DNA of 64,000 bases from Gammaproteobacteria bacterium (GTDB taxonomy: Bacteria; Pseudomonadota; Gammaproteobacteria; Eutrophobiales; Eutrophobiaceae). Positions 38,039 through 48,548 of the stretch are shown here, piece by piece. Positions within the stretch are counted from its first letter, which is position 1; every line of letters begins with the position of its first letter. Below the pieces are notes generated by a model that was not told where the DNA came from, made no database searches, and was given only the letters and a program-made list of their open reading frames with translations. The translations under genes were made by a program, and so were the position numbers. Where the stretch lies: contig OZ271833.1 of NCBI GenBank assembly GCA_965601665.1, positions 5,092 through 69,091 of the forward strand, read 5' to 3'.

Positions 38039-39304
38039 ATGTCGATGTCGGGTAAAAAAATTATCGTAATCGGCAATGGCATGGCCGCGATTCGATTCCT
38101 CGAGCAGCTATTTGAAGATGACGCATCTACGTGTCGCGTTACCGTCTTTGGCCAGGAGCCCCACGCGGGTTATAACCGGATACTGTTATCACCATTGTTA
38201 AGCGGTGAGCAAACACTGGAAGACGTCATTACACACCCTCGTAGTTGGTATCAGGATAGAAATATCGAATTAATTACCAACACGCGTATTGACAACATCG
38301 ATAGCGAAAACAAATGCATTACGGACCATAATGGCGACATACATCATTATGACCAGTTGATTATTGCGACAGGCTCCAGGCCATTTGTCCCTGATTTACC
38401 GGGTACGGATCTTGATGGCGTATTTACCTATCGTACGATTGATGATGTAGATGCCATGCTGACTGCTGGCAATCAGGGTAAACATGCCGTTGTAATCGGT
38501 GGAGGATTACTTGGACTGGAAGTTGCCTATGGTCTTAAAGCCAGGGGTTTGGATGTCAGCGTTTGCCATCGGCACTGTACACTAATGGAAAAACAGCTGG
38601 ATGACACCGCCTCCCGGCATCTTTCGTCCATACTGGCACAAAAAGATATAGAGATACTTACCGAGGCCAACACCTTGAAACTGGAAGGTGATGCGCGAGT
38701 AAAGTCTGTCGTGCTCGATGATGGCAGGCAATTACCCGCGGATATAGTCGTGTTTGCTGTTGGCATTGTGCCCGACATCACGCTGGCAACGGCTGCGGGT
38801 ATCGACTGTGAGAAAGGCATACTGGTAGATGAAAAAATGCAAACCTCGGTGCCTGATATTTTTGCTATTGGTGAATGTGCTCAGCATGATGGCGTTACCT
38901 ACGGGCTGGTAGCGCCTCTCTATGAGCAGGCAACAGTACTCGCCAGCTATCTTAACGGCGATAGACAGGCGGCCTACCAGGGCTCAATCAATGCAACAGG
39001 TTTAAAAGTAACCGGTGTCCATCTCTATTCTGCCGGTCAATTTAACGAAGACGAACAATGTAAAACCATGCAGCTGAGTGATGCTGCCAATAGGCTCTAC
39101 CGTAAGCTTGTTTTCAAAAACAGCAGGTTGATTGGTGTGCTGTTGTTTGGTGATATACGCGGCTCCAACTGGTTCCATGAACTTATCGAAACCGGGCAAA
39201 CTATCGACAACATTGATCCGTTAATGATCTTTGGCGAACCGGAATGGTTGTTACCCCTCTCGAATGAAGATGACATGACGCTGGCCGAGGCGAGCTATGC
39301 CTGA
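38039..39304 (+). CDS. NasC-like FAD/NAD(P)H oxidoreductase (electron-transfer subunit for assimilatory nitrate reductase), paralogous to the NirB N-terminal domain
   Basis: 421 aa; IIVIGNGMAAIRF, GGGLLGLEVA, GECAQHDG; overlaps the nasA start by 8 nt. Confidence 0.8.
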   Translation: MSMSGKKIIVIGNGMAAIRFLEQLFEDDASTCRVTVFGQEPHAGYNRILLSPLLSGEQTLEDVITHPRSWYQDRNIELITNTRIDNIDSENKCITDHNGDIHHYDQLIIATGSRPFVPDLPGTDLDGVFTYRTIDDVDAMLTAGNQGKHAVVIGGGLLGLEVAYGLKARGLDVSVCHRHCTLMEKQLDDTASRHLSSILAQKDIEILTEANTLKLEGDARVKSVVLDDGRQLPADIVVFAVGIVPDITLATAAGIDCEKGILVDEKMQTSVPDIFAIGECAQHDGVTYGLVAPLYEQATVLASYLNGDRQAAYQGSINATGLKVTGVHLYSAGQFNEDEQCKTMQLSDAANRLYRKLVFKNSRLIGVLLFGDIRGSNWFHELIETGQTIDNIDPLMIFGEPEWLLPLSNEDDMTLAEASYA

Positions 39305-41969
39305 CAACAAATCCTGTGCAGTGAAAACAACCTGTCCCTACTGCGGTGTTGGCTGTGGTGTCATAGCAACGGTGAATGAGAAGGGTAACGTCTCTATACA
39401 GGGGGACAAGGATCATCCTGCAAATTTTGGTCGGCTGTGCTCCAAGGGATCGGCACTGGGCGAGACCGTTGATCTCGACCATCGATTGTTAAGACCGCAG
39501 GTGAATCAACAGGTTGTCAGTTGGGAACAGGCACTGGATGAGGTGGCAGAACGATTCAGGGAAACGATCGCAATGCACGGCAAGGAATCCGTTGCGTTTT
39601 ACGTGTCAGGCCAGTTGTTGACCGAAGACTACTATGTTGCCAATAAACTCATGAAGGGCTTTATTGGCAGTGGCAATATTGATACGAACTCACGCCTTTG
39701 CATGTCTTCTGCTGTTGCCGGGCATAAACGTGCCTTCGGTAACGACACCGTAGGTCTTTGTTATGAAGACCTGGAACAGGCAGACGTTATTACGCTCATC
39801 GGCTCGAACGTAGTCTGGTGCCACCCGGTACTGTATCAGCGCATTGAAGCGGCGAGAAAAAAACATAATACGAAGATAGTTGTTGTTGATCCCAGGCAGA
39901 CCCACAGTTGTGAAGGGGCCGATCTGCATCTACCGATTAAGCCGGGAACAGATGCCACGTTATTCAACGGACTGTTAAGTTATCTGGCTGAAAACGAGCT
40001 GCTGGATAACGATTATATAAAAAACCATACCAACGGTTTTGATGCTGCTATAGACGTAGCCAGGAAAACTGCAGGCGATATCGACACCGTGGCAAGGTGC
40101 TGTGATATTGGAGTTGGTGATTTGCTTCAGTTTTACAAGCTATTTGCAGCCACAGAAAAAAACATCAGCTTTTTTTCCATGGGCATCAACCAGTCGTCCA
40201 GCGGCGTCGACAAGGTGAATACCATTATTAATGTGCACCTTGCCACCGGTCGCATTGGCAAACCGGGTATGGGCGCCTTTTCGATCACCGGGCAACCTAA
40301 TGCAATGGGTGGCAGGGAAGTTGGCGGGCTGGCATCGACGTTGGCAGCCCATATGGATTTCACCGACACACATATTGATCGGGTTGGCCGTTTCTGGGGA
40401 ACTGACAACGTTGCCACAGGACCCGGATTGAAAGCCGTAGACCTGTTTCGCAACATTGACGAGGGCAAGGTCAAGGCACTATGGGTGATGGCAACCAATC
40501 CGGCAGTGAGTATCCCTGATGCCAGCGCGGTAGAGCGTGCCATTAGCAAATGTAATTTTGTTGTGGTCTCGGATTGTATTAGTAATACAGATACGACGCG
40601 ACATGCTGATGTACTGTTGCCGGCGCTGGGCTGGGGAGAAAAATCCGGCACGGTGACCAATTCGGAAAGACGTATTTCAAGACAGCGAACATTCCTGTCG
40701 CCGCCTGCAGAGGCAAAACCGGACTGGTGGATCATCTGCCAGGTAGCGCGTCGACTTGGCTTTGAGGACGGGTTTGATTTCCGGTCAGAAGCCGATATTT
40801 TTCGTGAACATGCAGCCTTGTCGGGTTATGAAAACCAGGGCACAAGGGATTTCGATATTAGTGCTTACACCAATATTGATGATAACGCCTATGATAACCT
40901 GGTGCCGGTGCAATGGCCTGTAAATGATTCACACCCGGAAGGCACACAGCGTCTGTTGACCAATGGTCATTTTTATACTGCCGATAATAAGGCCTGCTTT
41001 ATTGCTGTTACTCCAAGACTGCCAGTTGAAATTACCAGTAACAGCTATCCCCTGGTGTTAAATACCGGTCGTGTCAGGGACCACTGGCATACAATGACAC
41101 GCACTGCAAAATCAAAGCGATTGTCACGTCACATACGCGAACCCTTTGCGCAGTTGCATCCTGCGACGGCTGCCGATTACAACATCAGCCACGATCAACT
41201 GGTAGAGATTACAAGTCAATGGGGTAGCGTGGTAGTGCGTGCCGACATTACCAATAGACAGCGCAGAGGTGAAATATTCGTTCCACTGCACTGGAATGAT
41301 CAATTTTCTGCAAGGGCGCGCGTAGATACGGTGGTGAATCCACATGTCGATCCTGTCTCCGGACAACCTGAGTTCAAACACACGCCGGTTAACATCACAC
41401 CTGTACAACATCAGTGGTTTGGTTTCATGTTGAGCCGCAAGGAATATTCACTACCCATGATTTACTGGACGAAACTACGCGAGGAAAAAAGCTGGCGTTA
41501 CGAGTTTTCGGATACTTGCCCGTATACAATTGACTGGTTTAAGCAACGGATGCGAAATGGCCGCGACTACGATTGGGTCGAGTTTGTCGATGAGATCAAT
41601 AATGTAACACGCTATCTATGGTTCGATGAGCAGGAATTGCAGGGCTGCATATTCACAGCAGACAGCTACGAGGCATTACCTGCAAGAAACTGGTTATCCA
41701 GTCAATTTTCCCGGTTAGAACTGGCAATGTCACAACGAACGCAGTTACTAACTGCTTCAGGCGAGAACAACATTGAAGATCAGGGTGAAGTGATCTGTTC
41801 CTGCTTTAACGTGGGTAAAAACGCCATACTTGATTGCATTAATAAATCCTGTTCATCCAGTGTTGATACGATAGGTGTGGCTTTAAAGGCCGGAACCAAC
41901 TGTGGCAGTTGTAAGCCGGAGATCAAGCATCTCATCAGTAACAGCAACAGGCAGCAATCACCTGATTAA
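39297..41969 (+). CDS. nasA: assimilatory nitrate reductase catalytic subunit (molybdopterin, 4Fe-4S, C-terminal BFD 2Fe-2S)
   Basis: N-terminal CPYCGVGCG cluster, MopB domains, C-terminal ICSCFNVG...CGSCKPEI. Confidence 0.92.
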   Translation: MPDNKSCAVKTTCPYCGVGCGVIATVNEKGNVSIQGDKDHPANFGRLCSKGSALGETVDLDHRLLRPQVNQQVVSWEQALDEVAERFRETIAMHGKESVAFYVSGQLLTEDYYVANKLMKGFIGSGNIDTNSRLCMSSAVAGHKRAFGNDTVGLCYEDLEQADVITLIGSNVVWCHPVLYQRIEAARKKHNTKIVVVDPRQTHSCEGADLHLPIKPGTDATLFNGLLSYLAENELLDNDYIKNHTNGFDAAIDVARKTAGDIDTVARCCDIGVGDLLQFYKLFAATEKNISFFSMGINQSSSGVDKVNTIINVHLATGRIGKPGMGAFSITGQPNAMGGREVGGLASTLAAHMDFTDTHIDRVGRFWGTDNVATGPGLKAVDLFRNIDEGKVKALWVMATNPAVSIPDASAVERAISKCNFVVVSDCISNTDTTRHADVLLPALGWGEKSGTVTNSERRISRQRTFLSPPAEAKPDWWIICQVARRLGFEDGFDFRSEADIFREHAALSGYENQGTRDFDISAYTNIDDNAYDNLVPVQWPVNDSHPEGTQRLLTNGHFYTADNKACFIAVTPRLPVEITSNSYPLVLNTGRVRDHWHTMTRTAKSKRLSRHIREPFAQLHPATAADYNISHDQLVEITSQWGSVVVRADITNRQRRGEIFVPLHWNDQFSARARVDTVVNPHVDPVSGQPEFKHTPVNITPVQHQWFGFMLSRKEYSLPMIYWTKLREEKSWRYEFSDTCPYTIDWFKQRMRNGRDYDWVEFVDEINNVTRYLWFDEQELQGCIFTADSYEALPARNWLSSQFSRLELAMSQRTQLLTASGENNIEDQGEVICSCFNVGKNAILDCINKSCSSSVDTIGVALKAGTNCGSCKPEIKHLISNSNRQQSPD

Positions 41970-42165
41970 CGCTTTTATCGAAGTCATACCCGGCTCGATA
42001 GTGTTTGTATGTGCCGGGTAACAAACCATGACATTGCGTTAATCGTAACAATCATACTGTGCCAGCACAGGCCCTGATTTTGTAACCTGGTTCACTTATT
42101 TTTTCCGGAAAGAATCGCTACACTTGCGGTCTGATTCAGTGTGTACATTAATTAAACGAGGCAAT

Positions 42166-42825
42166 ATGAATACTGTAAAAAAACAACAAGCGTTTGTATT
42201 AGCAATGCTGGTTTCACTGTCAGCATGTACCACCACTAATCCGAACACGGGCGAGAAAGAGGCCTACCGTACCGGTACCGGGGCACTGGTCGGGGCTGCG
42301 GCGGGTGCGCTTGCCGGCGGGTTGATTGGCGATAGCAAGAAAGCCGCAATCATCGGCGCAGGTATCGGTGCTATTGGCGGCGCTGCCGTGGGTGCTTACA
42401 TGGATAAACAGGAGGCCGCACTGAGAAAGAACCTGGAAGGCACCGGCGTCGAAGTTGTACGCCAGGGTGACAATATCAAGCTGAATATGCCATCTTCGAT
42501 TACGTTTGATACCAACCAGTCCCGGATCAAACCGGGTTTTTACCCCATCCTTAACGAAATCAGTGGCACGCTTGCCGACTATGAGTCGACTATCGTTTAC
42601 ATTGCCGGGCATACCGATAGCACCGGGTCCGATGACTATAACCAGCAGTTATCAATGAGTCGTGCAAACAGCGTGAGTTATTACATGGTCAATAACGGTG
42701 TTATTGAGGAAAGGATAGTCAGTACCGGTTATGGAGAATCACTCCCGGTTGCTGAAAATTCAACAGCATCTGGCCGACAGGCTAACCGACGTGTTGAAAT
42801 CACGCTGCAGCCGCTGACAGAGTAA
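42166..42825 (+). CDS. OmpA-family lipoprotein with glycine-zipper region
   Basis: lipobox LSAC, Gly-zipper GAAAGALAGGLIG, C-terminal OmpA domain (GHTDSTGSDDYNQQLSMSRA...RRVEI); ORF track start 42124, RBS favours 42166. Confidence 0.8.
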   Translation: MNTVKKQQAFVLAMLVSLSACTTTNPNTGEKEAYRTGTGALVGAAAGALAGGLIGDSKKAAIIGAGIGAIGGAAVGAYMDKQEAALRKNLEGTGVEVVRQGDNIKLNMPSSITFDTNQSRIKPGFYPILNEISGTLADYESTIVYIAGHTDSTGSDDYNQQLSMSRANSVSYYMVNNGVIEERIVSTGYGESLPVAENSTASGRQANRRVEITLQPLTE

Positions 42826-42844
42826 GCTGCAAAAAACCCAAAAA

Positions 42845-42869
42845 AAACCCGCCGCCTGCGGGTTTTTTT
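42845..42869 (+). terminator. intrinsic terminator
   Basis: CCCGCCGC-ctgc-GGG (as CCCGC...GCGGG) followed by T7. Confidence 0.6.
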
Positions 42870-42882
42870 ATCCAGCTGCCTG

Positions 42883-43395
42883 TCAGGCGGGGGCAGTTTC
42901 ATGCTGTTTACCGATATTGTTTATTTTTTGCTGCAGGCTTAATGCATCCAGCTTATCCAGGGGCAGGGCGGTAAGCAGTTTGATACGCGAATCTAGTTCC
43001 CAGTAGGTCTTTTTCATCAGCCTGATCTGCATATCATCTGGCATGTCAGGACGATCCGGATCTTCAATATCCCAGTGCGCTGTCATCGGTTGCCCGGGCC
43101 ATACCGGGCAGGGTTCATTGGCAGCGTTATCACAAACGGTAATGACAAAATCGAGGTCAATGCCAGGCAGAGCCGCTATTTCATTCCAGCTTTTGCTGCG
43201 CAAGTCACTGGTCGGGTGATTGTTTTCCTGCAGGATCCGCAGTGCGAGGGGGTTTACTTGTCCGCGCGGTCTGCTACCGGCACTGTAGACCACGAAGTCG
43301 CCAAGACCCTGGCGCTGCAACAACGCCTCTGCCATGATGCTGCGGCAGGAATTACCGGTACAAAGGAAGAGGGTTTCAAAACGGCCGTTATTCAT
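42883..43395 (-). CDS. LMW-PTP-family protein: thioredoxin-coupled arsenate reductase ArsC or low-molecular-weight protein tyrosine phosphatase
   Basis: P-loop CTGNSCRS at N-terminus; two further Cys as in Bacillus-type ArsC. Confidence 0.7.
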   Translation of the reverse strand: MNNGRFETLFLCTGNSCRSIMAEALLQRQGLGDFVVYSAGSRPRGQVNPLALRILQENNHPTSDLRSKSWNEIAALPGIDLDFVITVCDNAANEPCPVWPGQPMTAHWDIEDPDRPDMPDDMQIRLMKKTYWELDSRIKLLTALPLDKLDALSLQQKINNIGKQHETAPA

Positions 43396-43573
43396 GTTTT
43401 GACTCCATTTGTAGACAACCTAATACTAAAGAATAAATATGTAAGATTTGTTACCGGTATGGTCTGATTAGTGTTGTGTAAACCGGGAGCAGGGTTATAC
43501 AATGCATTAAATTGCTGATGTAATCCCATCAATTCATTGTATCTACTGTCTGGTTGAAGCGACTGAATAGAGT

Positions 43574-44341
43574 ATGAGCAAACACGAGCAACTCATCGAC
43601 TTTTCCAGGATCAAGGCGTCCTGTTCGAATTGCAATATGCAGGAGCTCTGTTTGCCGCGGGGACTGGACCCGGAAGATCTTGAGCAACTCGAACACGTGG
43701 TCAAGGGCTCTCGCCCGGTGCACAAGGGCGAGCATCTATTCAGAACGAATGACGAATTTACTGCTTTTTACGCGGTACGTAGTGGTTCAGTTAAATCCTA
43801 TATTATTGATGAAAACGGCGACGAGCAGGTTACCGGTTTTTATTTTCCCGGTGAGATAATGGGGTTTGATGCCATCGAAAACCACAAGCACAGTTGTTCT
43901 GTAGTTGCCATGGAAACGACGACCTACTGCACATTACCATACAACAAGCTGAACGAGATTAGTCAGAGTATTCCCGATCTGCAGAATCAGTTATTCCGTT
44001 TGTTGAGTCGCGAATTCACCAAGGAAAACCAGCTGCTACTGTCCATCAATCGCCGCTCTGCAGAAGAACGTATCGCCACGTTTTTGGTTAGCCTGTCCGG
44101 TCGTTTCAAGCGCATGGGCTATTCAGAGTGTGCATTTAATCTTCCCATGTCCCGCCAGGAGATTGGTAATTATCTTGGCCTTACAATCGAAACGGTCAGC
44201 CGTTTTTTGAGTCGTTTCCAGAGTAACGGTTTGATTGATATCAATCGCAAGGAAATACGCATCAATGATTTGCCTGCACTGCATGAAATCTGTGATGGCA
44301 ACCGTTCATTGAGTGCCAAGAAAAATAATTCCGCTGCCTGA
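43574..44341 (+). CDS. fnr: FNR, oxygen-sensing Crp/Fnr-family transcription regulator
   Basis: N-terminal Cys cluster C-x2-C-x5-C (CSNCNMQELC) plus the fourth Cys (CSVVAM), cNMP-like fold, C-terminal HTH EIGNYLGLTIETVSR. Confidence 0.85.
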   Translation: MSKHEQLIDFSRIKASCSNCNMQELCLPRGLDPEDLEQLEHVVKGSRPVHKGEHLFRTNDEFTAFYAVRSGSVKSYIIDENGDEQVTGFYFPGEIMGFDAIENHKHSCSVVAMETTTYCTLPYNKLNEISQSIPDLQNQLFRLLSREFTKENQLLLSINRRSAEERIATFLVSLSGRFKRMGYSECAFNLPMSRQEIGNYLGLTIETVSRFLSRFQSNGLIDINRKEIRINDLPALHEICDGNRSLSAKKNNSAA

Positions 44342-44377
44342 TTACCGCCAGTTTTTCTTTTCGCAGGATTCATTACT

Positions 44378-45112
44378 GTGTGGTTAAGTTCACTCGTTGC
44401 TTTCAACCTTGGCCTGATTAGTAGTTTGCACTGTATTGCCATGTGTGGCGGTATCATTACATTGCTGATGCGTCAGGCAGCAGACGAACAGTCAAGCAAA
44501 AAGCAATTGTTAGGCTTCAGCCTGCTCTACAATCTTGGCAGGATCAGCAGTTATACATTGGCAGGTATTGTGGCCGGTGTGTTTGGTGCGACATTTATCC
44601 AGGTGTTTCAGGACTATAAAGCGCATTTTTACCTGCAGCTAATCGCTGCACTGGTATTAATAATGATAGCGTTGAATATTCTTGGCATTGCCTTGTTTAC
44701 ACGTCGCCTGGAAAGCGTCGGTCAATTGTTATGGAGTAAACTACAGCTGCTGGGCCGGAAACTTGCGCCGTTGAATAGCCCGCTAAAGATTTTTTCGTTC
44801 GGCATGGTGTGGGGCTGGTTGCCATGTGGCCTGGTTTATTCTGCATTGCTGTACAGTATGACTACCGCCGACCCCACGCACGCAGCAGTCGCGATGTTGT
44901 GTTTTGGGCTGGGCACGTTGCCATCAATGCTATCTGCCGGTTATTTGTTTGAATACCTGCAACAACTCTCAAGTAAAAAACAGTTGCGCGTATTGTCGGC
45001 ACTGCTGTTAATAGTTATCGCGATTAGTCTACCGGTATCATCATGGTATTTTTCCAACCATCATGACCATGGTAGCCATCAGCAAGAACATTCGCATTCT
45101 CATCATCACTAA
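44378..45112 (+). CDS. DsbD_2/TauE-like 6-TM membrane protein with HCxxMCGG motif and C-terminal His-rich tail (putative metal transporter associated with cbb3 assembly genes)
   Basis: LHCIAMCGG in TM1, tail HHDHGSHQQEHSHSHHH. Confidence 0.5.
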   Translation: MWLSSLVAFNLGLISSLHCIAMCGGIITLLMRQAADEQSSKKQLLGFSLLYNLGRISSYTLAGIVAGVFGATFIQVFQDYKAHFYLQLIAALVLIMIALNILGIALFTRRLESVGQLLWSKLQLLGRKLAPLNSPLKIFSFGMVWGWLPCGLVYSALLYSMTTADPTHAAVAMLCFGLGTLPSMLSAGYLFEYLQQLSSKKQLRVLSALLLIVIAISLPVSSWYFSNHHDHGSHQQEHSHSHHH

Positions 45113-45282
45113 TCGCCCTGCTTTTTTTCAGTGCCCTGGGTATCGTCATCGTCCATCAATATCTGGTGCCCCTGTCTTTCAACGTCATCATATTGGCCTG
45201 ATTTAATTGACCAGTAAAAAATGCCGGCTATCAACAAGACGAACACCAGCGAGACAAGAATGAGTAAAAAAATGACTTCCAT
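45109..45282 (-). CDS. ccoS: cbb3 oxidase maturation protein CcoS/FixS (57 aa; below the ORF-track cutoff)
   Basis: manual translation [47 protein letters not shown]...; ATG overlaps the ccoI stop (ATGA). Confidence 0.75.
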   Translation of the reverse strand: MEVIFLLILVSLVFVLLIAGIFYWSIKSGQYDDVERQGHQILMDDDDTQGTEKKQGD

Positions 45283-47726
45283 CAGCGTTTAACTGTTTTT
45301 GCAATACGTGTAGCGTTCAATACTACAACCAGTGAACTCAAAGACATACCCAGTGCCGCCATCCATGGTGCGAGCCAGCCTGCTATCGCAAACGGTAATG
45401 CAACAAGATTATAACCAATGGCCCAGCCGAAGTTGGCACGTATCGTCGTTGATGCCTTTCTGGCGATAGTCAGTAAATTGCCAATACTATTTATATCCTG
45501 GTTTAGTAACAGGATGTCTGCATTCAACTTTGTCAGGTCACTGGCCTCGGTCATAGCAATAGCCACGTTGGCCTGAGCAAACGCCGGCGCGTCGTTGATT
45601 CCGTCCCCGACTATGCAGACTATATGTCCCTGTTGTTGCAGTGCGGCAAGCTGGGCAAGCTTGTCATCGGGTTTGAGCTCGGCCAGGTAATTTTCTATGC
45701 CCAGGTTTTCCGCACACTGCTGTACAGCACTGTGATGATCGCCGCTCATGAGCATAACCTGGTAGCCCTTGCGCTGTAATGATGACACCAGCTCAGCACT
45801 GTTTTGCCTGAGCGTATCCTCGAAGTACAGGCTGGCGACAATTTCAGTATCGGTGGCCATGACGATTCGACGTAAATCCGGTTCAGCATGTTGCAGCTGC
45901 GCTGATTCTTCACGACAACATGAACGTACAAACTGCTCGGTACCTATATACCAGTTTTGGCCATCAATGTTGCCGGCGATACCCTCGCCCGGAAAGTTGC
46001 GTAACTCGTCGTTGATTAGGTTGCCCTTGATATCACTTGCATTAAGTATGGCTTTTGCCAGTGGATGTTCAGAGCCTGATTCCAGTCTTGCAGCAAGATT
46101 AACGATTGCTTCCCTGCTATACCCGTCTGCGTAAATGTCGATATGTTTTAATTCAAGCTGTCCGGTAGTCAACGTGCCGGTTTTGTCGAATACGAAACAA
46201 TCAACCTTGGTTAACGATTCCAGCGCATTACGTTCCAGCAGCGCCATGCCTTTTTGTATCAGCGTACTTGCTGCAACCGACATCGCGGTAGGCATGGCCA
46301 GGGACAACGCGCACGGGCAACTGACCACCAGTACCGCCACCGTAATCGGCAACCACCTGGCAGGGTCAGAGATGTACCAGTAACTGGCAACTGCTGCAGC
46401 GATAGAAAGGATGGCGATGATAAATATTGACACAAGCCGATCGGCAAACTGTATCGTGCGTGTTTTTTGTGAGCCAGCCGCTTCGATCATCCTTGTCACG
46501 CCTGATAAAAACGTGGCCTCGCCAATCTGTTTTACCTGTACCGTCAGGGGTGATTCGATATTGACGCTTCCGCCGATCACATTCATGCCCGAACGCTTTT
46601 CAAGTGGCAGGCTTTCACCTGAAAGTATTGATTCATCAACGGTTGAATGCCCGGAGACGACCGTGCCGTCTACCGGTATTACTTCACCAGGCTTGACGAG
46701 GATGAGTTCATCTACTGCCAACCTGCCGATATCAATTGCCTCGGTTTCCCCGTCCTCACCAAGTCGGGTGGCATAGGCCGGTAGTACAGACAGGATATTA
46801 TCGAGATAGGCCACAGACTTTTTACGGGACATAAATTCAAAGTAACGACCGGCAAGCACGAAAAACACAAACATGACGATGGAATCATAATAAACATGCC
46901 CGCTTCCCTTGAGGGTTGCCGTAATGCTGCCCACCATCGCAATCAGTAACCCGAGTGATATGGGAATATCCATACCTGGATGCCGGTTCCTGATATCCCG
47001 AAATGCACCCATGAAGATCTTTCTTGCCGAGTAAAGCAATACAGGCAGTGTCAACACCAGGCTGATCCAGGACAGGAAGCGTCGATAAACATCTTCGATG
47101 CCCGAGTATTCGCCGAAATATAGCGCGATGGCAATCATCATGACCTGCATACCAAACAGGCCGGCGATACCCAGACTGATAAGCTGTGATTTGCGTTCGT
47201 CCTCGTAGAACTGTTCGCGCTGTTGATGATTGTAAGGCTGGCTTTTATAGCCGAGCCGGAGAATGGCAGCGAGAATATCACTTAAGCGTATTTTTTGTTC
47301 CTGCCAGCTAACGCGGCAGCGCTGGGTGGTGAAGTTGACCTGGATTGCGTCGATCCCTTCCATGGCCGCAATGCGCGATTCGATCAGCCATGTGCAGGCA
47401 GGACAGCTGATGCCATCGATGATTAACGAGGCTTCTTTTGAATCAGCATTGAGCGCCTGCACGAACCCGTCCTGTACCTGCGGCAGATTAAATACATCCA
47501 GCTTGCGCAGTTCGTCCGGTACCAGTTCAGATGGCTTCTCGGGTAGTTCTGTCCGGTGACGATAATAATCCGTTAATCCCATAGTAATTATCTGCTCGGC
47601 AACGGCCTGACAGCCAGGGCAGCACATGGGTTGCGGCGTATTCTCTATAGTCACGCTCAGTTTTATTGAGCTAGGCACGGGTTCGCCGCAGTGAAAACAG
47701 GTGTTTAGGCGCTGATCCATAATCAC
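45282..47726 (-). CDS. ccoI: Cu-translocating P1B-type ATPase for cbb3 oxidase assembly (CcoI/FixI)
   Basis: N-terminal CxxC and HMA (GISCPACTW), [18 protein letters not shown]. Confidence 0.9.
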   Translation of the reverse strand: MIMDQRLNTCFHCGEPVPSSIKLSVTIENTPQPMCCPGCQAVAEQIITMGLTDYYRHRTELPEKPSELVPDELRKLDVFNLPQVQDGFVQALNADSKEASLIIDGISCPACTWLIESRIAAMEGIDAIQVNFTTQRCRVSWQEQKIRLSDILAAILRLGYKSQPYNHQQREQFYEDERKSQLISLGIAGLFGMQVMMIAIALYFGEYSGIEDVYRRFLSWISLVLTLPVLLYSARKIFMGAFRDIRNRHPGMDIPISLGLLIAMVGSITATLKGSGHVYYDSIVMFVFFVLAGRYFEFMSRKKSVAYLDNILSVLPAYATRLGEDGETEAIDIGRLAVDELILVKPGEVIPVDGTVVSGHSTVDESILSGESLPLEKRSGMNVIGGSVNIESPLTVQVKQIGEATFLSGVTRMIEAAGSQKTRTIQFADRLVSIFIIAILSIAAAVASYWYISDPARWLPITVAVLVVSCPCALSLAMPTAMSVAASTLIQKGMALLERNALESLTKVDCFVFDKTGTLTTGQLELKHIDIYADGYSREAIVNLAARLESGSEHPLAKAILNASDIKGNLINDELRNFPGEGIAGNIDGQNWYIGTEQFVRSCCREESAQLQHAEPDLRRIVMATDTEIVASLYFEDTLRQNSAELVSSLQRKGYQVMLMSGDHHSAVQQCAENLGIENYLAELKPDDKLAQLAALQQQGHIVCIVGDGINDAPAFAQANVAIAMTEASDLTKLNADILLLNQDINSIGNLLTIARKASTTIRANFGWAIGYNLVALPFAIAGWLAPWMAALGMSLSSLVVVLNATRIAKTVKR

Positions 47727-47838
47727 GAAAAAAGCTTGATCTCCTGCTGCAGTGCAATATAATGTTGCAATGCAATATGAAAACGCAAAAATATAGTTAA
47801 CTTACTGATATTAATAAAATTATTTAAGGGTCAATACA

Positions 47839-47967
47839 ATGTCACTAGTCTCAGCTACTTTGCTTACTGCCATATCAGGCACTCTGGTTATCTCAACCTT
47901 ACTACTCACAAGGGCCATTATTGACAATCTTCGCTCCGGTGATACGGACAATAACGTCACACTGTAA
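47839..47967 (+). CDS. putative 42-aa hydrophobic peptide gene
   Basis: ATG with AAGGG 9 nt upstream, single predicted TM segment, followed within 25 nt by a strong terminator. Confidence 0.25.
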   Translation: MSLVSATLLTAISGTLVISTLLLTRAIIDNLRSGDTDNNVTL

Positions 47968-47990
47968 ACCCCGCCCTACTGTTACAACAT

Positions 47991-48019
47991 CAAAAGCCGA
48001 ATCGAGTTCGGCTTTTTTT
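47991..48019 (+). terminator. intrinsic terminator
   Basis: GCCGAA-tcgagt-TTCGGC followed by T7. Confidence 0.7.
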
Positions 48020-48074
48020 ATGGCCGCCTAGTATACGGTCTACCATTACCCGTTTTGTTGCAATGCCGTATTTT

Positions 48075-48088
48075 TTGATCTGGATCAA
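48075..48088. promoter_or_regulatory. perfect FNR box TTGATCTGGATCAA
   Basis: TTGAT-N4-ATCAA, centred about 67 bp upstream of the ATG at 48149; possible -10 tatagataat. Confidence 0.6.
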
Positions 48089-48148
48089 GATACCTTGCGC
48101 ATGGGTATAGATAATGTCCTCACTGATAAAAACACAGATAAAGACATT

Positions 48149-48514
48149 ATGAACCTAGTATCTATCTTAATCATTGCTATCCCGGTGCTGACACTGGTGG
48201 TAGTCACCGTACAGTTGGTGCGTGCACTGGCTGGAAACGTTACCAACGGCAAACGGGTCCGCGAGGATCTGGCCGATCAGATTAACGGATTGCCCTTTGG
48301 CAACATGCTTGCTGTAGAGGGAGTTGACCAGAACACCTTATTACATCGTGTTTCCCTGGTTGATGTCAGGCAGGACATTGTTCGCTGTCGCGGATGTGAA
48401 GAAAAGCAGGCCTGCAAGACTGTACTGGATGACGCGGAACAGGGCGGCAATGCTGAAATACCTGATTTTTGCGCTAACCAGAACGCCATTCAACAACACA
48501 AGCTATCTATGTAA
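48149..48514 (+). CDS. FNR-box-associated membrane-anchored protein with Cys cluster (hypothetical)
   Basis: N-terminal TM helix (LVSILIIAIPVLTLVVVTV), C-terminal CRGCEEKQAC...C; ORF track start 48095 would overlap the FNR-dependent promoter. Confidence 0.45.
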   Translation: MNLVSILIIAIPVLTLVVVTVQLVRALAGNVTNGKRVREDLADQINGLPFGNMLAVEGVDQNTLLHRVSLVDVRQDIVRCRGCEEKQACKTVLDDAEQGGNAEIPDFCANQNAIQQHKLSM

Positions 48515-48548
48515 TTAATTTTCACATTAAAGACAGAGGATTTTTCTA

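Noticed and set aside
43514-43534. FNR-like half-sites upstream of fnr (tgctgatgtaatcccatcaa)
   Set aside because: The spacing between TTGAT-like and ATCAA halves is 8 rather than 4. It is not a convincing FNR box.
48095-48148. Upstream extension of the 48149 membrane-protein ORF to 48095
   Set aside because: The extension would begin 7 nt after the FNR box and cover the predicted -10 and transcription start. The internal Met with a hydrophobic anchor is the likelier start.
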